Notes: generated by a model from the letters alone, not told the origin. 64,000 bases of DNA from Eledone cirrhosa (GCA_964016885.1 OZ024751.1:16554001-16618000); one strand, 5' to 3'. Counted from the first letter of the stretch, positions 25,346 through 38,818 are shown. Numbers and translations are program-made.

Positions 25346-27646
25346 CGGTGAGCAGGCACAACAACAAACTGATTTGAGTATCACAGTTGAAACTCTTAAG
25401 GGGCAGGCCAAAAAACTAACCAACTGGAAATCACCAGGCCCAGATGGTGTGCAGGGGTATTGGATTAAACATTTAACATCCCTCCACCCGAAGCTGACGG
25501 CCATGTTCAATGACTGCTTGGTGTCGGGTGAGGTGCCAGAGTGGTTGACAAAAGGTACCACAGTTCTGATAATGAAAGACCGAATCAAGGGTAATGATGT
25601 TACCAACTATAGACCTATCACATGTCTGTCCGTAATGTGGAAACTGTTGACGAGCATTGTGTCTGAGGAAATCTACCATCACCTCCACACAAACAACTTG
25701 TTACCGGACGAACAGAAAGGATGCCGAAAGAAGTCACGTGGTACAAAGGACCAGTTACTTATTGATAAGATGGTAATGGGGAATTGCAGGAGGAGACACA
25801 CTGATCTTGCCATGGGATGGATAGACTACAGAAAGGCATTTGACATGGTGCCTCATTCTTGGATCACCAAAAGCCTGGAGATCTTCAGGGTGGCAGATAA
25901 CATCAGACAGTTGCTGGGCAGGAGTATGGGGTCCTGGGAGACAGAGTTGACATCAACTGGAGTATCCTTGGGAAGCGTGAAGATCAAGAGAGGTATCTTC
26001 CAGGGAGATAGCCTCTCCCCTCTGTTGTTTGTCCTTGCCCTAATGCCCTTGACCATTATGCTGCGAAAAGTGAGAGCAGGATACAAGTTGGGAAGGGGAG
26101 AGCTTACCATCAATCACCTCCTCTTCATGGACGATCTTAAGCTCTTCGGGAAAAGTGAGAAGGAGTTGGATGTGCTTGTTGACACTGTCCGTATTTTCAG
26201 CAGTGATATATGTATGCAGTTTGGTATTGGTAAATGTGGAGTCATTGTGATGAGGAGGGGTAGGTTGAGCAGAAGTAGCGGGATCCAGATACCAACAGGT
26301 GAGATGATAAAGGAAATTGACTCTGAGGAAGGATACAAGTATTTGGGCGTTCTGGAGGCTGATGGCATAAAGAACAAAAAAATGAAGGAATTGTTAAGAA
26401 CTGAATACATTCGGAGAGTAAGGAGCGTATTGAAGTCACATCTGAACAGCAGAAATGCCATAAGCGCAGTAAATTCCCGAGCTGTGTCTATTATTAGGTA
26501 CAGTGCGGGAATTCTGAGATGGAATGTTGCTGAACAAAAAAAAATGGATAGGAAGACTAGGAAGCTATTGACTATCTACAACATGTTCCACAAGAGGAGT
26601 GATGTCGATAGACTCTACCTAAGGAGATCTGAGGGTGGAAGAGGTCTTATCAGCATAGAGGACTGTGTTCAGATGGAGAAAAACAACCTATACAAATACG
26701 TGACCTATAGTAAGGAGACAATGCTCAAAACTGTACTGAAGGAGGTGACAGTAGGCCAGGGGATGTCCAAGGAGGAAATAACATCAAGGAGGAAGAGCAG
26801 CCTTAAGGGAAAATCCCTTCATAGTACCTTCTTTGAGAAAACTGAATTTAGAGATCCACAGACATGGAACTGGTTGAGAAGAGGAGACCTCAAAAAGGCT
26901 ACAGAAGGAATGATAATGGCTGCGCAGGAGCAGGCCCTCAAAACGAAGTGGTTGAAGCACCATATTTACAAGGAGGAGGCTAGCCCACTGTGCAGGATCT
27001 GTGGAGAGAGAGAGGAGACTGTGGCTCACATTGTGTCCGAGTGTAAACACCTAGCCCAGACCCACTATAAGGGCTGGAGACACGATGTGATGGGCAGGGT
27101 GATCCACTGGCACCTGTGCAAAGTAAACAATTTACCACATTCTGAGAAATGGTATGAGCATAGGCCGGAGGCGGTGATGGAGAACAATCAGGTGAAGGTG
27201 CTGTGGGATTTTAGGATACAGACGGACAAAAAACTGGAACACAATAGACCTGACCTGGTGGTTGTGGACAAAGAAAAAAGATCGTGTCTGATTGTGGATG
27301 TGGCCTGCCCGTTCGACACGAGAGTGCAAGAGAAGGAGAGGGAGAAAATTAACCGATACCAGGACCTAAAGTGGGAGGTGAAAAGGATTTGGAACTGCCA
27401 TGAAGTCAAAGTGATCCCGATTGTCATAGGCGCACTGGGGACTATCTCCAAAAGTTTCCAGGGATGGTTAAAGAAAATCGGCCCCTTCACGCTTTTTGGA
27501 ACGCTTCAAAAGGCATGCTTGCTTGGAACAGCAAGAACCCTCCGATACGTCCTGAATATCTGAGGCTGCAGGTAGTGGCTTGATATTCATTCCAACGGAC
27601 TTTCCAGTTAACCAACATCAATGACTGAGATTCAAGGAATAACAAC

Positions 27647-27647
<1 letters not shown>
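25346..27647 (+). mobile_element. R4/Dong-clade RLE non-LTR retrotransposon, 5'-truncated copy 2
   Basis: Starts directly after (AAT)n and ends GGAATAACAAC(AAT)n; Dong elements are known to target TAA repeats. Confidence 0.95.
25374..27563 (+). CDS. Uninterrupted but N-truncated RT-CCHC-RLE polyprotein of an R4/Dong element
   Basis: 729-aa open frame: WKSPGPDG, YRPITCL, DYRKAFDMVPH, GIFQGDSLSP, LFMDDLK, YKYLG, CRIC..H..C, RPD..D.ACP. Confidence 0.9.
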   Translation: MSITVETLKGQAKKLTNWKSPGPDGVQGYWIKHLTSLHPKLTAMFNDCLVSGEVPEWLTKGTTVLIMKDRIKGNDVTNYRPITCLSVMWKLLTSIVSEEIYHHLHTNNLLPDEQKGCRKKSRGTKDQLLIDKMVMGNCRRRHTDLAMGWIDYRKAFDMVPHSWITKSLEIFRVADNIRQLLGRSMGSWETELTSTGVSLGSVKIKRGIFQGDSLSPLLFVLALMPLTIMLRKVRAGYKLGRGELTINHLLFMDDLKLFGKSEKELDVLVDTVRIFSSDICMQFGIGKCGVIVMRRGRLSRSSGIQIPTGEMIKEIDSEEGYKYLGVLEADGIKNKKMKELLRTEYIRRVRSVLKSHLNSRNAISAVNSRAVSIIRYSAGILRWNVAEQKKMDRKTRKLLTIYNMFHKRSDVDRLYLRRSEGGRGLISIEDCVQMEKNNLYKYVTYSKETMLKTVLKEVTVGQGMSKEEITSRRKSSLKGKSLHSTFFEKTEFRDPQTWNWLRRGDLKKATEGMIMAAQEQALKTKWLKHHIYKEEASPLCRICGEREETVAHIVSECKHLAQTHYKGWRHDVMGRVIHWHLCKVNNLPHSEKWYEHRPEAVMENNQVKVLWDFRIQTDKKLEHNRPDLVVVDKEKRSCLIVDVACPFDTRVQEKEREKINRYQDLKWEVKRIWNCHEVKVIPIVIGALGTISKSFQGWLKKIGPFTLFGTLQKACLLGTARTLRYVLNI

Positions 27648-27730
<83 letters not shown>

Positions 27731-27735
27731 AAGAA

Positions 27736-28647
27736 TTGTACTGAAGGAGAGGATAATAGACCAGGGGATGTCCAAGGAGGAAATAACAACAAGGAGAAAG
27801 AGCAGCCTTCATGAAAAATCCCTTCGTAGTACCTTCTTTGAGAAAACGGAATTCAGAGATCCACAGACATGGAACTGGTTGAAAAGAGGAGACCTTAAAA
27901 AGGCTACAGAAGGAATGGTAATGGCTGCGCAAGAGCAGGCTCTCAAAACGAAGTGGCTGAAACACCATATTTACAAGGAGGAGGCTAGCCCATTGTGCAG
28001 GATCTGTGGAGAGAGGGAGGAGACTGTGGCTCACATTGTATCCGAGTGTAAACACCTAACTCAGACTCACTATAAAGGCTGGAGACATGATTTGATGGGC
28101 ATGGTGATCCACCGGCACCTATGCAAAGTAAACAATTTACCACATTCTGAGAAGTGGTATGAGCATAAGCCAGAGTCGGTGATAGAAAACGATAAGGTGA
28201 AGGTGCTGTGGGATTTTAGGATACAGCCGGACAAGAAACTGGAACAAAATAGACCTGACCTGGTGGTTTTGGACAAGGAAAAAAGATCGTGCCTGATTGT
28301 GGATGTGGCCTGCCCATTCGACACGAGAGTGCAAGAGAAGGAGAGGGAGAAAATTAACCGATACCAGGACTTAAAGTGGGAGGTAAAAAGGATTTGGAAC
28401 TGCCATGAAGTCAAAGTGGTCCCGATTGTCATAGGTGAACTAGGTACTATTTCAAAAAGTTTCCAGGGATGGTTAAAGAAAATTGGCCCCGCCCCGCTTT
28501 TTGGAACGCTTCAAAAGGCATGCTTGCTGGGAACAGCAAGAACCCTCCGATACGTCCTGAATATCTGAGGCTGCAGGTAGTGGCTTGATATTCATTTTTC
28601 AACAAACTTTCCAGTTAACTAACATCAATGACGGAGACTCAAAGAAC

Positions 28648-28648
<1 letters not shown>
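27736..28648 (+). mobile_element. R4/Dong-clade element, 5'-truncated copy 3 (diverged subfamily)
   Basis: Same C-terminal CCHC/RLE protein with many substitutions; preceded by (AAT)n(GAA)n and followed by (AAT)n. Confidence 0.92.
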
Positions 28649-28686
<38 letters not shown>

Positions 28687-28688
<2 letters not shown>

Positions 28689-31275
28689 TTTCATTTATTA
28701 GCCACAAGGGCCGACATGTAGGGGACAATATAAAGACAGGGACAGTGGGGGTTTACAATAAGGTCGAGTAAAAGTGCACAATGGCAAGACTAATTTAACA
28801 ATGAAGATATAAAAATATAAAATAAACTATGCATAAATATAACAAAATAAATTCCCTGATAGTGGGTGGACGACGCTGGGGTGACTCGGGTACCCCACCT
28901 ATCCTGAACCACCCTGCGCTTCTATGGCACCCAGGAAGAGCACCCCTCTCCTCGAGTTAGCTAGCCATTCTCGCCACATTCATCCACCTTTTATTAGCAA
29001 ATGTACTGTGGGGGGGGGGGGGGGGGGCAGCACTACTCTCTCCACCCTCACCTTCCTTTCCAGGTGAAACTTGAAGAAGCTGATGAGGGATTGGCCGAAG
29101 AGAAAAGTGTATGTCTGCAGTCCTTTTAACCTGGTCCACCATATAACCTCTTTTGCAACTGCCACCAGACAGAGGAAAATTTCCTGCTCTTCCTGACTTA
29201 AGGAAGGCGGTGGGTCGATCTTCACTATGGACTCGGCCGATAGCCGGATTCGTTCCACACGCGACAGTAGCTGTTCGACATAACTCGACAAGTCAGTAAT
29301 GCACGGACATTGGACAAGTGCGTGCAGAACGGTTTCGTCCTTCTGCGCGCATCTTGGGCAGGTCCGTCTGACAGCACTTCCGTGCCTGTAGAGTTTATCC
29401 CGAACCCGCAGTGCCCCCCGGTAGCACTGCCAAGCGAGGGATTTCTGGAAATTGTCCATCGTTCCCGGCTCAAAAGTCCTCCGGTACAGACTGGTCAGTT
29501 CGACTTCGTCGAGGCCCAAAGCTTCTCCGAGTGCGTCATCGCACGTGCCCACCACTAATCCTCTATAGAACTCGAGAGTGGAAGTTCCACTGATCGCATT
29601 GCCCGCTTGGTAGAGGGCAGTGAGTGCCTGGCAACATTCCAGGTGCCAGTCAACCAGTCTCGGTCTCTTCTTGACCCAGGACTGCAGCTCACTCAAAGAA
29701 ATGAGCTGCGGAAAGGCCGTCTGATAAACGGCGACCACACCTGTTCACCGTTGAGGCAGAATATCTGGAGATGTCGCAGCCTCAACGCATGTCTGCGCAT
29801 CATTAGCCTCGGCATGCCCAGCCCTCCGCGTAGAGGATGCTGGCAGCAGATGGACCGCCTCACCAACGGAAAGTGTCACCTCCACAAGAATTTGAAGAGG
29901 AGCCGTTCCAACTTGACGAGGCGCGGACGGGGGCAAGGCACAACGGTCAGGCGGTAGTAGATGACGGACGCGATGTACGCATTCGCCACCTCCGCGCGAT
30001 CTTTCAGTGATAGCTTCCTCCCAGCCCATTTTTGGGTGAGACTGGCTACTCTGCTCGTTACCTCGTCCCAATTCTTTCCCACCTGGAGGTCTGGTCCGAA
30101 CCAAACCCCGAGCAACTTTACCGGTCCGTCCGTCCAGCGCCCCACGACGCTGTTGGAGGGCATGGGCTTGCCTCTCCAGTTTCCGAGCTGCAAGCCCACC
30201 GACCTTTCCGGGTTAAGTTTGGCTCCTGTCAACCTTTCATATTCCTTCAATAAGGTGCCAACCACCTCGATTTCTGAGGTGTTCGACACCATCACGGTGA
30301 TGTAGTCCGCATAAGCCGACACCACCTTTCCACGTCCCGGTTCGAGCGGGATGCCCTGCAAAAGCTCCAGCTTCTGCAGTAAAGGCTCGAGAGTCAATAC
30401 GCACAGAAGGGAAGAGAGAGGGCGCCCTTGACGGACCGATCGGGAGAGCCGAAATGGTTCCGAGAGGTGGGCATTAACGTTGACCACCGAGTATGTGCCT
30501 CTGTGCATTGCAGCGATCCAGCTTCTGAAGACAGGGCCGAAGCCAGCCGCTTTGAGGACAGCCTCCAGATACCGATGGTCGATACTATCGAATGCTTTCG
30601 ATTGATCTAAATTGATCAGTGCCACACGGAAGCCAGGTTGACACCCCACCCTCTCTATGATGTATCGCATGAGGTGGAGATTGTCGTGTATTGACCTGGA
30701 TGGGATTGCGCAAGTTTGCGCCTCCCCAACCAAATCTCTCTCTGACCCGCCACTCTCCCCGAACAACCGAGCAAAATGCTGGCGAAAGGTCTCACACATC
30801 CGCTTGGAATCGCTTATCTCGTGTCCATCTCGGTCCGCCAAAGACCGAATTGTGGTTTTATTACCACGGTTCGCCTCTACCATGTGGGCTCATCGAACAG
30901 CTTTGGTTCCCTCATTTCTCAGCGCACGCGCCTTAGCTCTGACAATGCAACCTTCGTGTTTCGCATTGAAGAAATGGTCTAATGCCACAACAAATAGCCT
31001 CATCTAACTTATCTAACAGCTCCCCCTCTTTTCTATTTTCCTCTAACGCTAGTTCTTTGCTAACTCTATAGAAGTTACTCTAATCTCTCTTTTGAGAGCC
31101 CCCCCCCCATCTATTGTTGATGATCCCCCCTGTCAACTTTTGTTTAACTAAATTGTTGACTCGGACCCTGTAAGCATTACGTGCTGGAAATGACACGTCC
31201 AGCTTCCAGTATCCCGGTCCCAACCTACGCGTTTTATCTAGGTCGACCATACAGATCACAAATTTGTGATCTGAA
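28687..31275 (-). mobile_element. Tx1/L1-clade LINE copy 3: older subfamily, 5'-truncated, internally deleted
   Basis: Homologous ORF2 pieces (DQSKAFD, RQG.PLS, SAYADY, CPRC); deletion near 30735; 3' end GGCCCTTGTGGCTAATAAATGAAATC(ATT)n. Confidence 0.9.
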
Positions 31276-31419
31276 TAATGATAATAATAGTTTCTTATAT
31301 TAAATGATAATGGTTTCTTGCTAATGGTAATGATAGCAGAGAATTAATAGGAAAACCAAATGAAACAAGATTTTCGTTGAATGTTTTAGTGAGTTTGAAA
31401 ATTGCTTCAACTATTGTTA

Positions 31420-32700
31420 CTGATGGTGTGGTAGCGGTGGTGTTGGTAGTCGTGGTGTTGTTGGTGATGGTTGTGGTGTTGATGGTTGTTGTAGCGGTGG
31501 TGTTGGTAGTCGTCGTGTTATTGGTGATGGTTGTGGTGTTGTTGGTGATGGTTGTGGTGTTGATGGTTGTTGTAGAGGTGGTGTTGGTAGTCGTGGTGGT
31601 GTTGTTGGTGATGATTGTGGTGTTGATGCTTGTTGTAGCGGTGGTGCTGGTAGTCGTGGTGTTGTTGCTGTTTGTGGTGTTGTTGGTGATGGTTGTAGTG
31701 TTGATGGTTGTGGTAGTGGTGGTGTTGGTGTTGGTTGTGGTAGTGTTGGCGTTGGTCAGTTGGTGTTGGTGTTGGTTGTGGTGTTGTTGGTGATGGTTGT
31801 GGTGTTGAAGGTTATGGTAGCAATGGTGTTGGTGTTGCTTGTGGTACTGTTGGTGTTGGTAGTGGTGGTGATGGTGTTGGTTGTAGTGTTGATGGCTGTG
31901 GAAGCGATGGTGCTGGTTGTGGTGGCGTTGGTGATGGTTGTGGTGGTGTTGGTGTTGGTAGTGGTGGTGATGGTGTTGGTTGTAGTGTTGATGGTTGTGG
32001 TAGCGATGGTGCTGGTTGTGGTGGCGTTGGTGATGGTTGTGGTGGTGTTGGTGTTGGTAGTGGTGGTGTTGGTGTTGGTTGTGGTGTTGATGCTTGTGGT
32101 AGCGATGGTGCTGGTTGTGGTGTTGTTGGTGTTGGTATTGGTGGTGTTGGTGTTGGTTGTGGTGTTGAAGGTTGTGGTAGCGATGGTGCTGGTTGTGGTG
32201 GTGTTGGTGTTGGTAGTGGTGGTGTTGGTGTTGGTAGTGGTGGTGTTGGTGTTGGTAGTGGTGGTGTTGGTGTTGGTTGTAGTGTTGATGGTTGTGGTAG
32301 CGATGGTGCTGGTTGTGGTGGTGTTGATGGTTGTGGTGGTGTGGGTGTTGGTTGTGGTGGTGTTGGTTGTGGTAGCGATGGCGCTGGTTGTGGTCGTGTT
32401 GGTGATGGTTGTGGTGGTGTTGGTGCTGGTTGTGGTGGTGTTGGTGGTGGTAGTGGTGGTGTTGATGCTGGTTGTAGTGTTGATGGTTTTGGTAGCGATG
32501 GTGCTGGTTGTGGTGGTGTTGGTGTTGGTAGTGGTGGTGTTGGTGATGGTTGTGGTGTTGATGGTTGTGGTGGTGTTGGTGTTGGTAGTGGTGGTGTTGG
32601 TGATGGTTGTGGTGGTGCTGGTGTTGGTAGTGGTGGTGTTGGTGTTGGTTGTGGTGTTGTTGGTGATGGTTGTGGTGTTGATGTCCGTGGGAATAAGGGT
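31420..32700. repeat. G/T-rich triplet low-complexity array (GTG/TTG/ATG)
   Basis: Directly visible. Confidence 0.9.
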
Positions 32701-32815
32701 GGTGTAGCAGCCGATATTGAGTGAATCAGAGATCGATATATATATATATATATATAAATTAATAAAAACAATGAAATAAAAACAAAGAATAAGTTCCTTA
32801 TATTAAACAATTCAT

Positions 32816-32943
32816 CATTTTACGATCGTTTCTAGGATGTATATGTGTGTTGGTATGTGTATCATATAGATCTATGTAAAAATATTACAAATTATCAGAG
32901 GAAATATACATACCTTCATATATACATGCTGTCTTCAGAAATG
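32816..32943 (-). ncRNA. Type I hammerhead ribozyme candidate (family D insert 32757-32943)
   Basis: Minus strand: CATTT CTGAAGA [~100-nt stem II] GAAA CGATCG TA AAATG; palindromic stem III, GUA site. Confidence 0.65.
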
Positions 32944-32977
<34 letters not shown>

Positions 32978-33114
32978 ACACACACAAATATATATAGATG
33001 TGTGTGTATATGAATGTGTAGCCTTCTGATCTAGTGATATTGGTAGTGTACAAAGGTGGAAAACTCGAATATTTAATATTTATCATAAAGTAATTGTCAG
33101 AATAAATCAACATG

Positions 33115-33191
<77 letters not shown>

Positions 33192-33216
33192 ATGTATATA
33201 TATATAAGTATCAATG

Positions 33217-33275
<59 letters not shown>

Positions 33276-33276
33276 G

Positions 33277-33307
<31 letters not shown>

Positions 33308-33308
<1 letters not shown>

Positions 33309-33489
33309 AAACCAAGGAGTTGTGGTAAGGAACCAGATGGACCATAACGCACCAGAGTACTCAATACTTAGGGTAGTACAGTGGGTAATAGGAAAATGTA
33401 TGACCCCGAGGGCAGAGCTCAAGCCGTTTCGACGGCTTTACAGCCGTCGAAACGGCTTGAGCTCTGCCGCCGGGGTCATACATTTTCAT
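33308..33489. mobile_element. (TA)n-embedded insert, family A, with fold-back hairpin
   Basis: Inverted arms 33392-33437 / 33442-33488. Confidence 0.65.
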
Positions 33490-33598
33490 ATATATATATA
33501 TATATATCTGTCGAGGACGTACAGCTGTACATCCGAAATATGTATAATAAAATGTAACTGATCAAAAGAACATCTCTTTTATTAATATTTGTATTTTA

Positions 33599-33639
<41 letters not shown>

Positions 33640-33943
33640 GAAATAACCTGCTACTATAATAGCCCCAATAACTTGTTTGTAACTCTGTACCACTTTGACC
33701 CCTTTAACTAAATTTTGTCCGAACAACACCACTAGAAGAATTTACTTTCCCCCGCCAACCCTAACACGCCTCATTAAGTTAACTGCTGCCAAAACATTCT
33801 CTCCTTACAATCTCTACTAGTCTGACAGTCTTAAATCCTAGGACTCCCTCCCCCTTACTCACTTCCATCTTCCCCTTCTCTTCCTACCTCCTTCTTTCAC
33901 TTTTATCTAGTGTATAAAATATTTTCATATCATTCCAATACAA

Positions 33944-34060
33944 AGGTCTGACGACATGGTGTGTTTGCTTACAGTGTACCTTCGGTTTATGATAATATTT
34001 TTATATTATTCAAATAGCGAGGTATAGGTAACCCATACACTATAGAAACAATTGTTACCT
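33944..34060 (+). ncRNA. Type I hammerhead ribozyme candidate with intact core
   Basis: AGGT CTGACGA [ATGGTGTGT...ATACACTAT stem II] GAAA CAATTG TT ACCT; lies in insert 33640-34105 between (TA)n and (TC)n(TA)n. Confidence 0.75.
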
Positions 34061-34101
34061 AATAAATTCTTTATACCCGCATTTCCATTTCATAAACTTC
34101 T

Positions 34102-34233
<132 letters not shown>

Positions 34234-34339
34234 GGTAGATATATCCCCTATATTCTCTATAAAAATCTAAATTATATCTCCACTAGTGATCGTTTTCTTA
34301 TTTACTCTCTCCACCGAAGTCACTGACCCTTCTTATTTC

Positions 34340-36607
34340 TGTCATTGCTGCTGCTGTTGTTGCTGCAACTGTCGCTGTTGTTGCTGCACTTGTTGTTGCT
34401 GTTGCTGTTTTTCTTGTTATTGTTGCAAATTATTCTTGCTTTTGCTGCTATTTCTCTAATTATTGTTGTTGTTGCTATTTCTCTAGATAACGTTTTTGAA
34501 ATGTTATGGTGATATAGACGCTATTTCTCTAGTTAATGTTGTTGTTGCTGTTTCTGTTCACATTGTTGTTGTTGTTGTGGTTGTTGTTGTTGTTTCAAAT
34601 GCTGTTGCTATTTCTATAGTTATTGTTGTTGTTTGAAATCTTGTTATTGTTGCAAATGTTGTTGTTATTGCTGCTATTTCTCTAGCTATGGTTATTGTTG
34701 GTGTTTTAAATGTTGTTCCTATTTCTGTAGATAACGTTGTTGCTATTTCTGTAGATAACGTTGCTGCTGTTGTTGTTGCTATTTCTGTAGATAACGTTGT
34801 TGTCTTTGTTGCTATTTCTGTAGATAACGTTGTTGCTGTTGCTGTTGTTGTTATTGTTTGAAATGTTGTTGTTGCTATTTTAAGTGTTACATTTGTAGAT
34901 ATTGTTGATGTTGTTGCATTGTTTGAAATGGCGCTGTTGTTATTGTTGCTATCGAAGATGTTATTTTTGTAGATTGTTATTTTTTGAAATTTTGTTGCTA
35001 CTTTAAATGTTATTTCTGTAGATGCCGTTGTTGTTGCTGCTGCTGTTGTTGTTGTTGTTGTTGTTGTTGTTTGAAATGTTGCTATTTTAAATGTTATTTC
35101 TGTAGATAGTGTTGTTGTTGTTGTTGTTGTTGTTTGAAATGTTTTAAGTGCTGTTGCTATTTCTGTAGATAATGTTGTTGCTGTTGTTACTATTTGAACT
35201 GTTGTTGTTGTTGCTGCTGTTGCAGTTATTGCTGCTGTCGTTGTTGTTGTTATTGTTGTTGCTGTTGTTGTTATTGTCAACATTGTTAAATATATTAATT
35301 TTGTGTTTGATGTTAATATTGTGTAGTTATTGAGTTTATATTAGTTCAGATGTTTGGTGTAATGCTGATGGTGCAGGTGTGGTGATTGTGGTGCTGGTGT
35401 GGTGTGGCGCTAGTGGTGCTGGTGTAGTGTGGTGCTGGTGGTGTGGTGCTGGGGGTGCTGGTGTAGTGTGGTGCTGGTGGTGTGGTGCTGGGGGTGCTAG
35501 TGTAGTGTGGTGCTGGTGGTGTGGTGCTGGGGGTGCTGGTGTAGTGTGGTGCTGGTGTGGTGCTGGTGGTGCAGGTGTGGTGCGGGTGTGGTGCTTGTGG
35601 TGCTGGTGTGGTGTGGTGCTGGTGGTGTGGTGTGGTGCTGGGGGTGCTGGTGTAGTGTGGTGTTGGTGTGGTGCTGGTGCTGGTGTGGTACAGGTGTGAT
35701 GCTGGTGGTGCAGGTGTGGTGCTGTTGGTGCTGGTGTAGTGTGGTGCTGGTGTGGTGCTGGTGTGGTGCTGGTGGTGCTGGTGGTGTTCTTGTGGTGCTG
35801 GTGGTGCTGGTGTAGCCTGGTGCTGGTGTGGTGCTGGTGCTGGTGCGGCACCGGTGTGGTGCAGTGTGGTGCTGGTGGTGCTGGTGGTGTTGGTGTGGTG
35901 TTGGTCTGGTGCTGGTGGTGCTGGTGAGCTGGTAGTGGTGCTGGTGGTGCTGGTATTGTGCTGGTGTAGTGTGGTGTGGTGCTGGTGTGGTGCTGGTGTG
36001 GTGCTGGTGGTGCTGGTGCTGGTGTGGTGTGGTACTGGGGCTGGTGGCGCTGGTAGTGGTGCTAGTGATGCTGGTGTGGTGGTGGTGGTACTGGTGTGGT
36101 GTGGTGCTGGTGATGCTGGTGGTGTGGTGTCGAGCTGGGGGTGCTGGTGTAGTGTGGTGCTGGTGTGGTGGTAGTGGTGGTGTGGTGGTTGTGTGGTGGT
36201 GCTGGTGGTGTTAATGGTGCTGCTGTTGGTGTTGGTGGTGTGGGGCTGCCATGAGAGACATGTTCCTGTCATTGGTGTTACTGCTGTTGTTATTGATGTT
36301 GTTTTTATTGAGATAGATCTTGTTGTTGTTGGTGTTGTTGCTGGTTTTGTTGTTGTTGTTGGTGTTGTTGCTGGTTGTGTTGTTGTTGTTGCTGTTGTTG
36401 CTGTTGTTGCTGGTTTTGTTGTTGTTGTTGGTGTTGTTGCTGGTTGTGTTGTTGTTGTTGCTGTTGTTGCTGGTTTTGTTGTTGTTGTTGTTGCTGTTGT
36501 TGCTGGTTTTGTTGTTGTTGTTGTTGCTGTTGTTGCTGGTTTTGTTGTTGTTGTTGTTGCTGTTGTTGCTGGTTTTGTTGTTGTTGTTGTTGTTGTTGTT
36601 GCTGGTT

Positions 36608-36639
<32 letters not shown>

Positions 36640-36670
36640 GTTGCTGTTGTTGTTGTTGCTGTTGTTGCTG

Positions 36671-36705
<35 letters not shown>

Positions 36706-38493
36706 GTTGTTGTTGCTGTTTTGTTGTTGTTGTTGTTGCTGTTGTCGTTGCTGTTGTTGTTGTTGCTGGTTTTGTTGTTGTTGTTGCTGGTTTTGTTGTT
36801 GTCGTTGCTGTTGTTGTTGTTGTTTTTGTTGCTGGTTTTGTTGTTGTTGTTATTGTTGTTGCTGGTTTTGTTGTTGTCGTTGCTGTTGTTGTTGTTGCTG
36901 GTTTTGTTGTTGTTGTTGCTGGTTTTTTTGTTGTTGTTGCTGGTTTTTTTGTTGTTGTTGTTGTTGCTGGTTTTGTTGTTCTTGGTGTTGTTGCTGGTTT
37001 TGTCGTTGTTGTTGTTGTTGCTGGTTTTGTTGTTGTTGTTGTTGCTGGTTTTGTTGTTGTTGTTGTCGTTGTTGTTGTTGCTTTTGTTGTTGCTGTTGTT
37101 GCTGTTGTTGCTGGTTTTGTTGTTCTTGTTCTTGTTGCTCTAGATGCTTTTGGCAAGGTTGTTGATGTGGTTATTAATATTGTATATTTTTTTTTAATTT
37201 TAAACTCTTAATGTTTGCTGCTGCTGATCTGAGTTCAAATCTCGCCGAGGTTAACTTTGCCTTTCATCCTTCCGTTGTCGATCAAATAAAGTACCAGTAA
37301 TACACTGGTGTTATTGCTGGCCTTGTGCCAAAAATAGAAACAATAATTTATTATGGTGGTGTTAGAGGTAACAGTAGTTATTGCTGTTGATGTTGGGATG
37401 GCAGTAGTTGTGGTGGTGGTGGTGGTGGTGTTGTGGTGGTGTGGTGATGTTGGTGGTGGTGGTGGTGGTGGTGTGGTGGTGGTGTGGTGGTGGTGGTGGT
37501 GATATTGGTGGTGGTGTGGTGGTGGTGGTGTTGTGGTGGTGGTGGTGGTGTTGTGGTGGTGGTGTTGTTGTTGTGGTGGTGGTGGTGGTGTTTTGGTGGT
37601 GTTGTGGTGGTGATGGTGGTGTGGTGGCGGTGATGGTGATGTTGGTGGTGGTGGTGTGGTGGTGGTGGCGGTGGTGGTGTGGTGGTGGTGGTGTTGTTGT
37701 TGTGGTGGTAGTGTTGGTGGTGTGGTGGTGTTGTGGTGGTGGTGGTGGTGGTGGTGATGTTGGTGGTGGTGGTGGTGTGGTGGTGGTGGTGGTGTTGTGG
37801 TGGTGGTGTTGTGGTGGTGTTGTGGTGGTGGTGTTTTGGTGGTGTTGTGATGGCGGTGGTGGTGATGTTGGAGGTGGTGGTGGTGTGGTGGTGGTGGTGG
37901 TGTTGTGGTGGTGGTGTTGTGGTGGTGGTGTTTTGGTGGTGTTGTGGTGGTAGTTGTGGTGGTGTTGTGGTGGTGGTGGTGGTGGTGTGGTGGCGGTGGT
38001 GGTGATGTTGGTGGTGGAGGTGGTGGTGTGGTGGTGGTGGTGGTGTTGTGGTGGTGATGTTTTGGTAGTGATGTGGTGGTGGTTGTATCAAATATCATTT
38101 ATTATGGCAGTGTTGGTGGTAGTGCTAGTTGTGATGTTGTTGGCATTAGTACTGTTGTGGTGTTGTGGTGGTAGTTGTGGTGTTGTGAGGTGTTTAGCTT
38201 ATAGTTTCAATTATTATCTATTGTGGCAGTGTTTTGGTGGTAGTGCTAGTTATTCTGGCGGTTCCTTATGTGCTCTTGTTATTGTTGCGGTGGTGGTGGT
38301 CATGGTTGCATTTGTACTAACAGATGATACTGTGGAAGAGTTGGTGGTGGTATGCAAGATTTTGTACTTGTACTTGTATTAGTAGTAACAGTAGTAATAA
38401 TGGTATTAGTAGTAGTAGTGGTTGATGTGGTTGTTGTTGTAGTATTAGTATTAGTAATAATAATAATAGTTATAGTAGTAGTAGTTGTAGAAA

Positions 38494-38547
<54 letters not shown>

Positions 38548-38596
38548 CAGTAGTAGTAGTAGTAGTAGCAGCAGCAGCAGCAATAGTAGTAATAAC

Positions 38597-38679
<83 letters not shown>

Positions 38680-38719
38680 CAGCAGCAGCAGCAGCAGCAG
38701 CAGCAATAGTAGTAATAAC

Positions 38720-38787
<68 letters not shown>

Positions 38788-38818
38788 CAGCAGCAGCAGC
38801 AGCAATAGTAGTAATAAC

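Noticed and set aside
12903-27647. Segmental duplication of a Tx1+Dong cassette
   Set aside because: Tx1 and Dong divergences are discordant and the Dong 5' truncations differ
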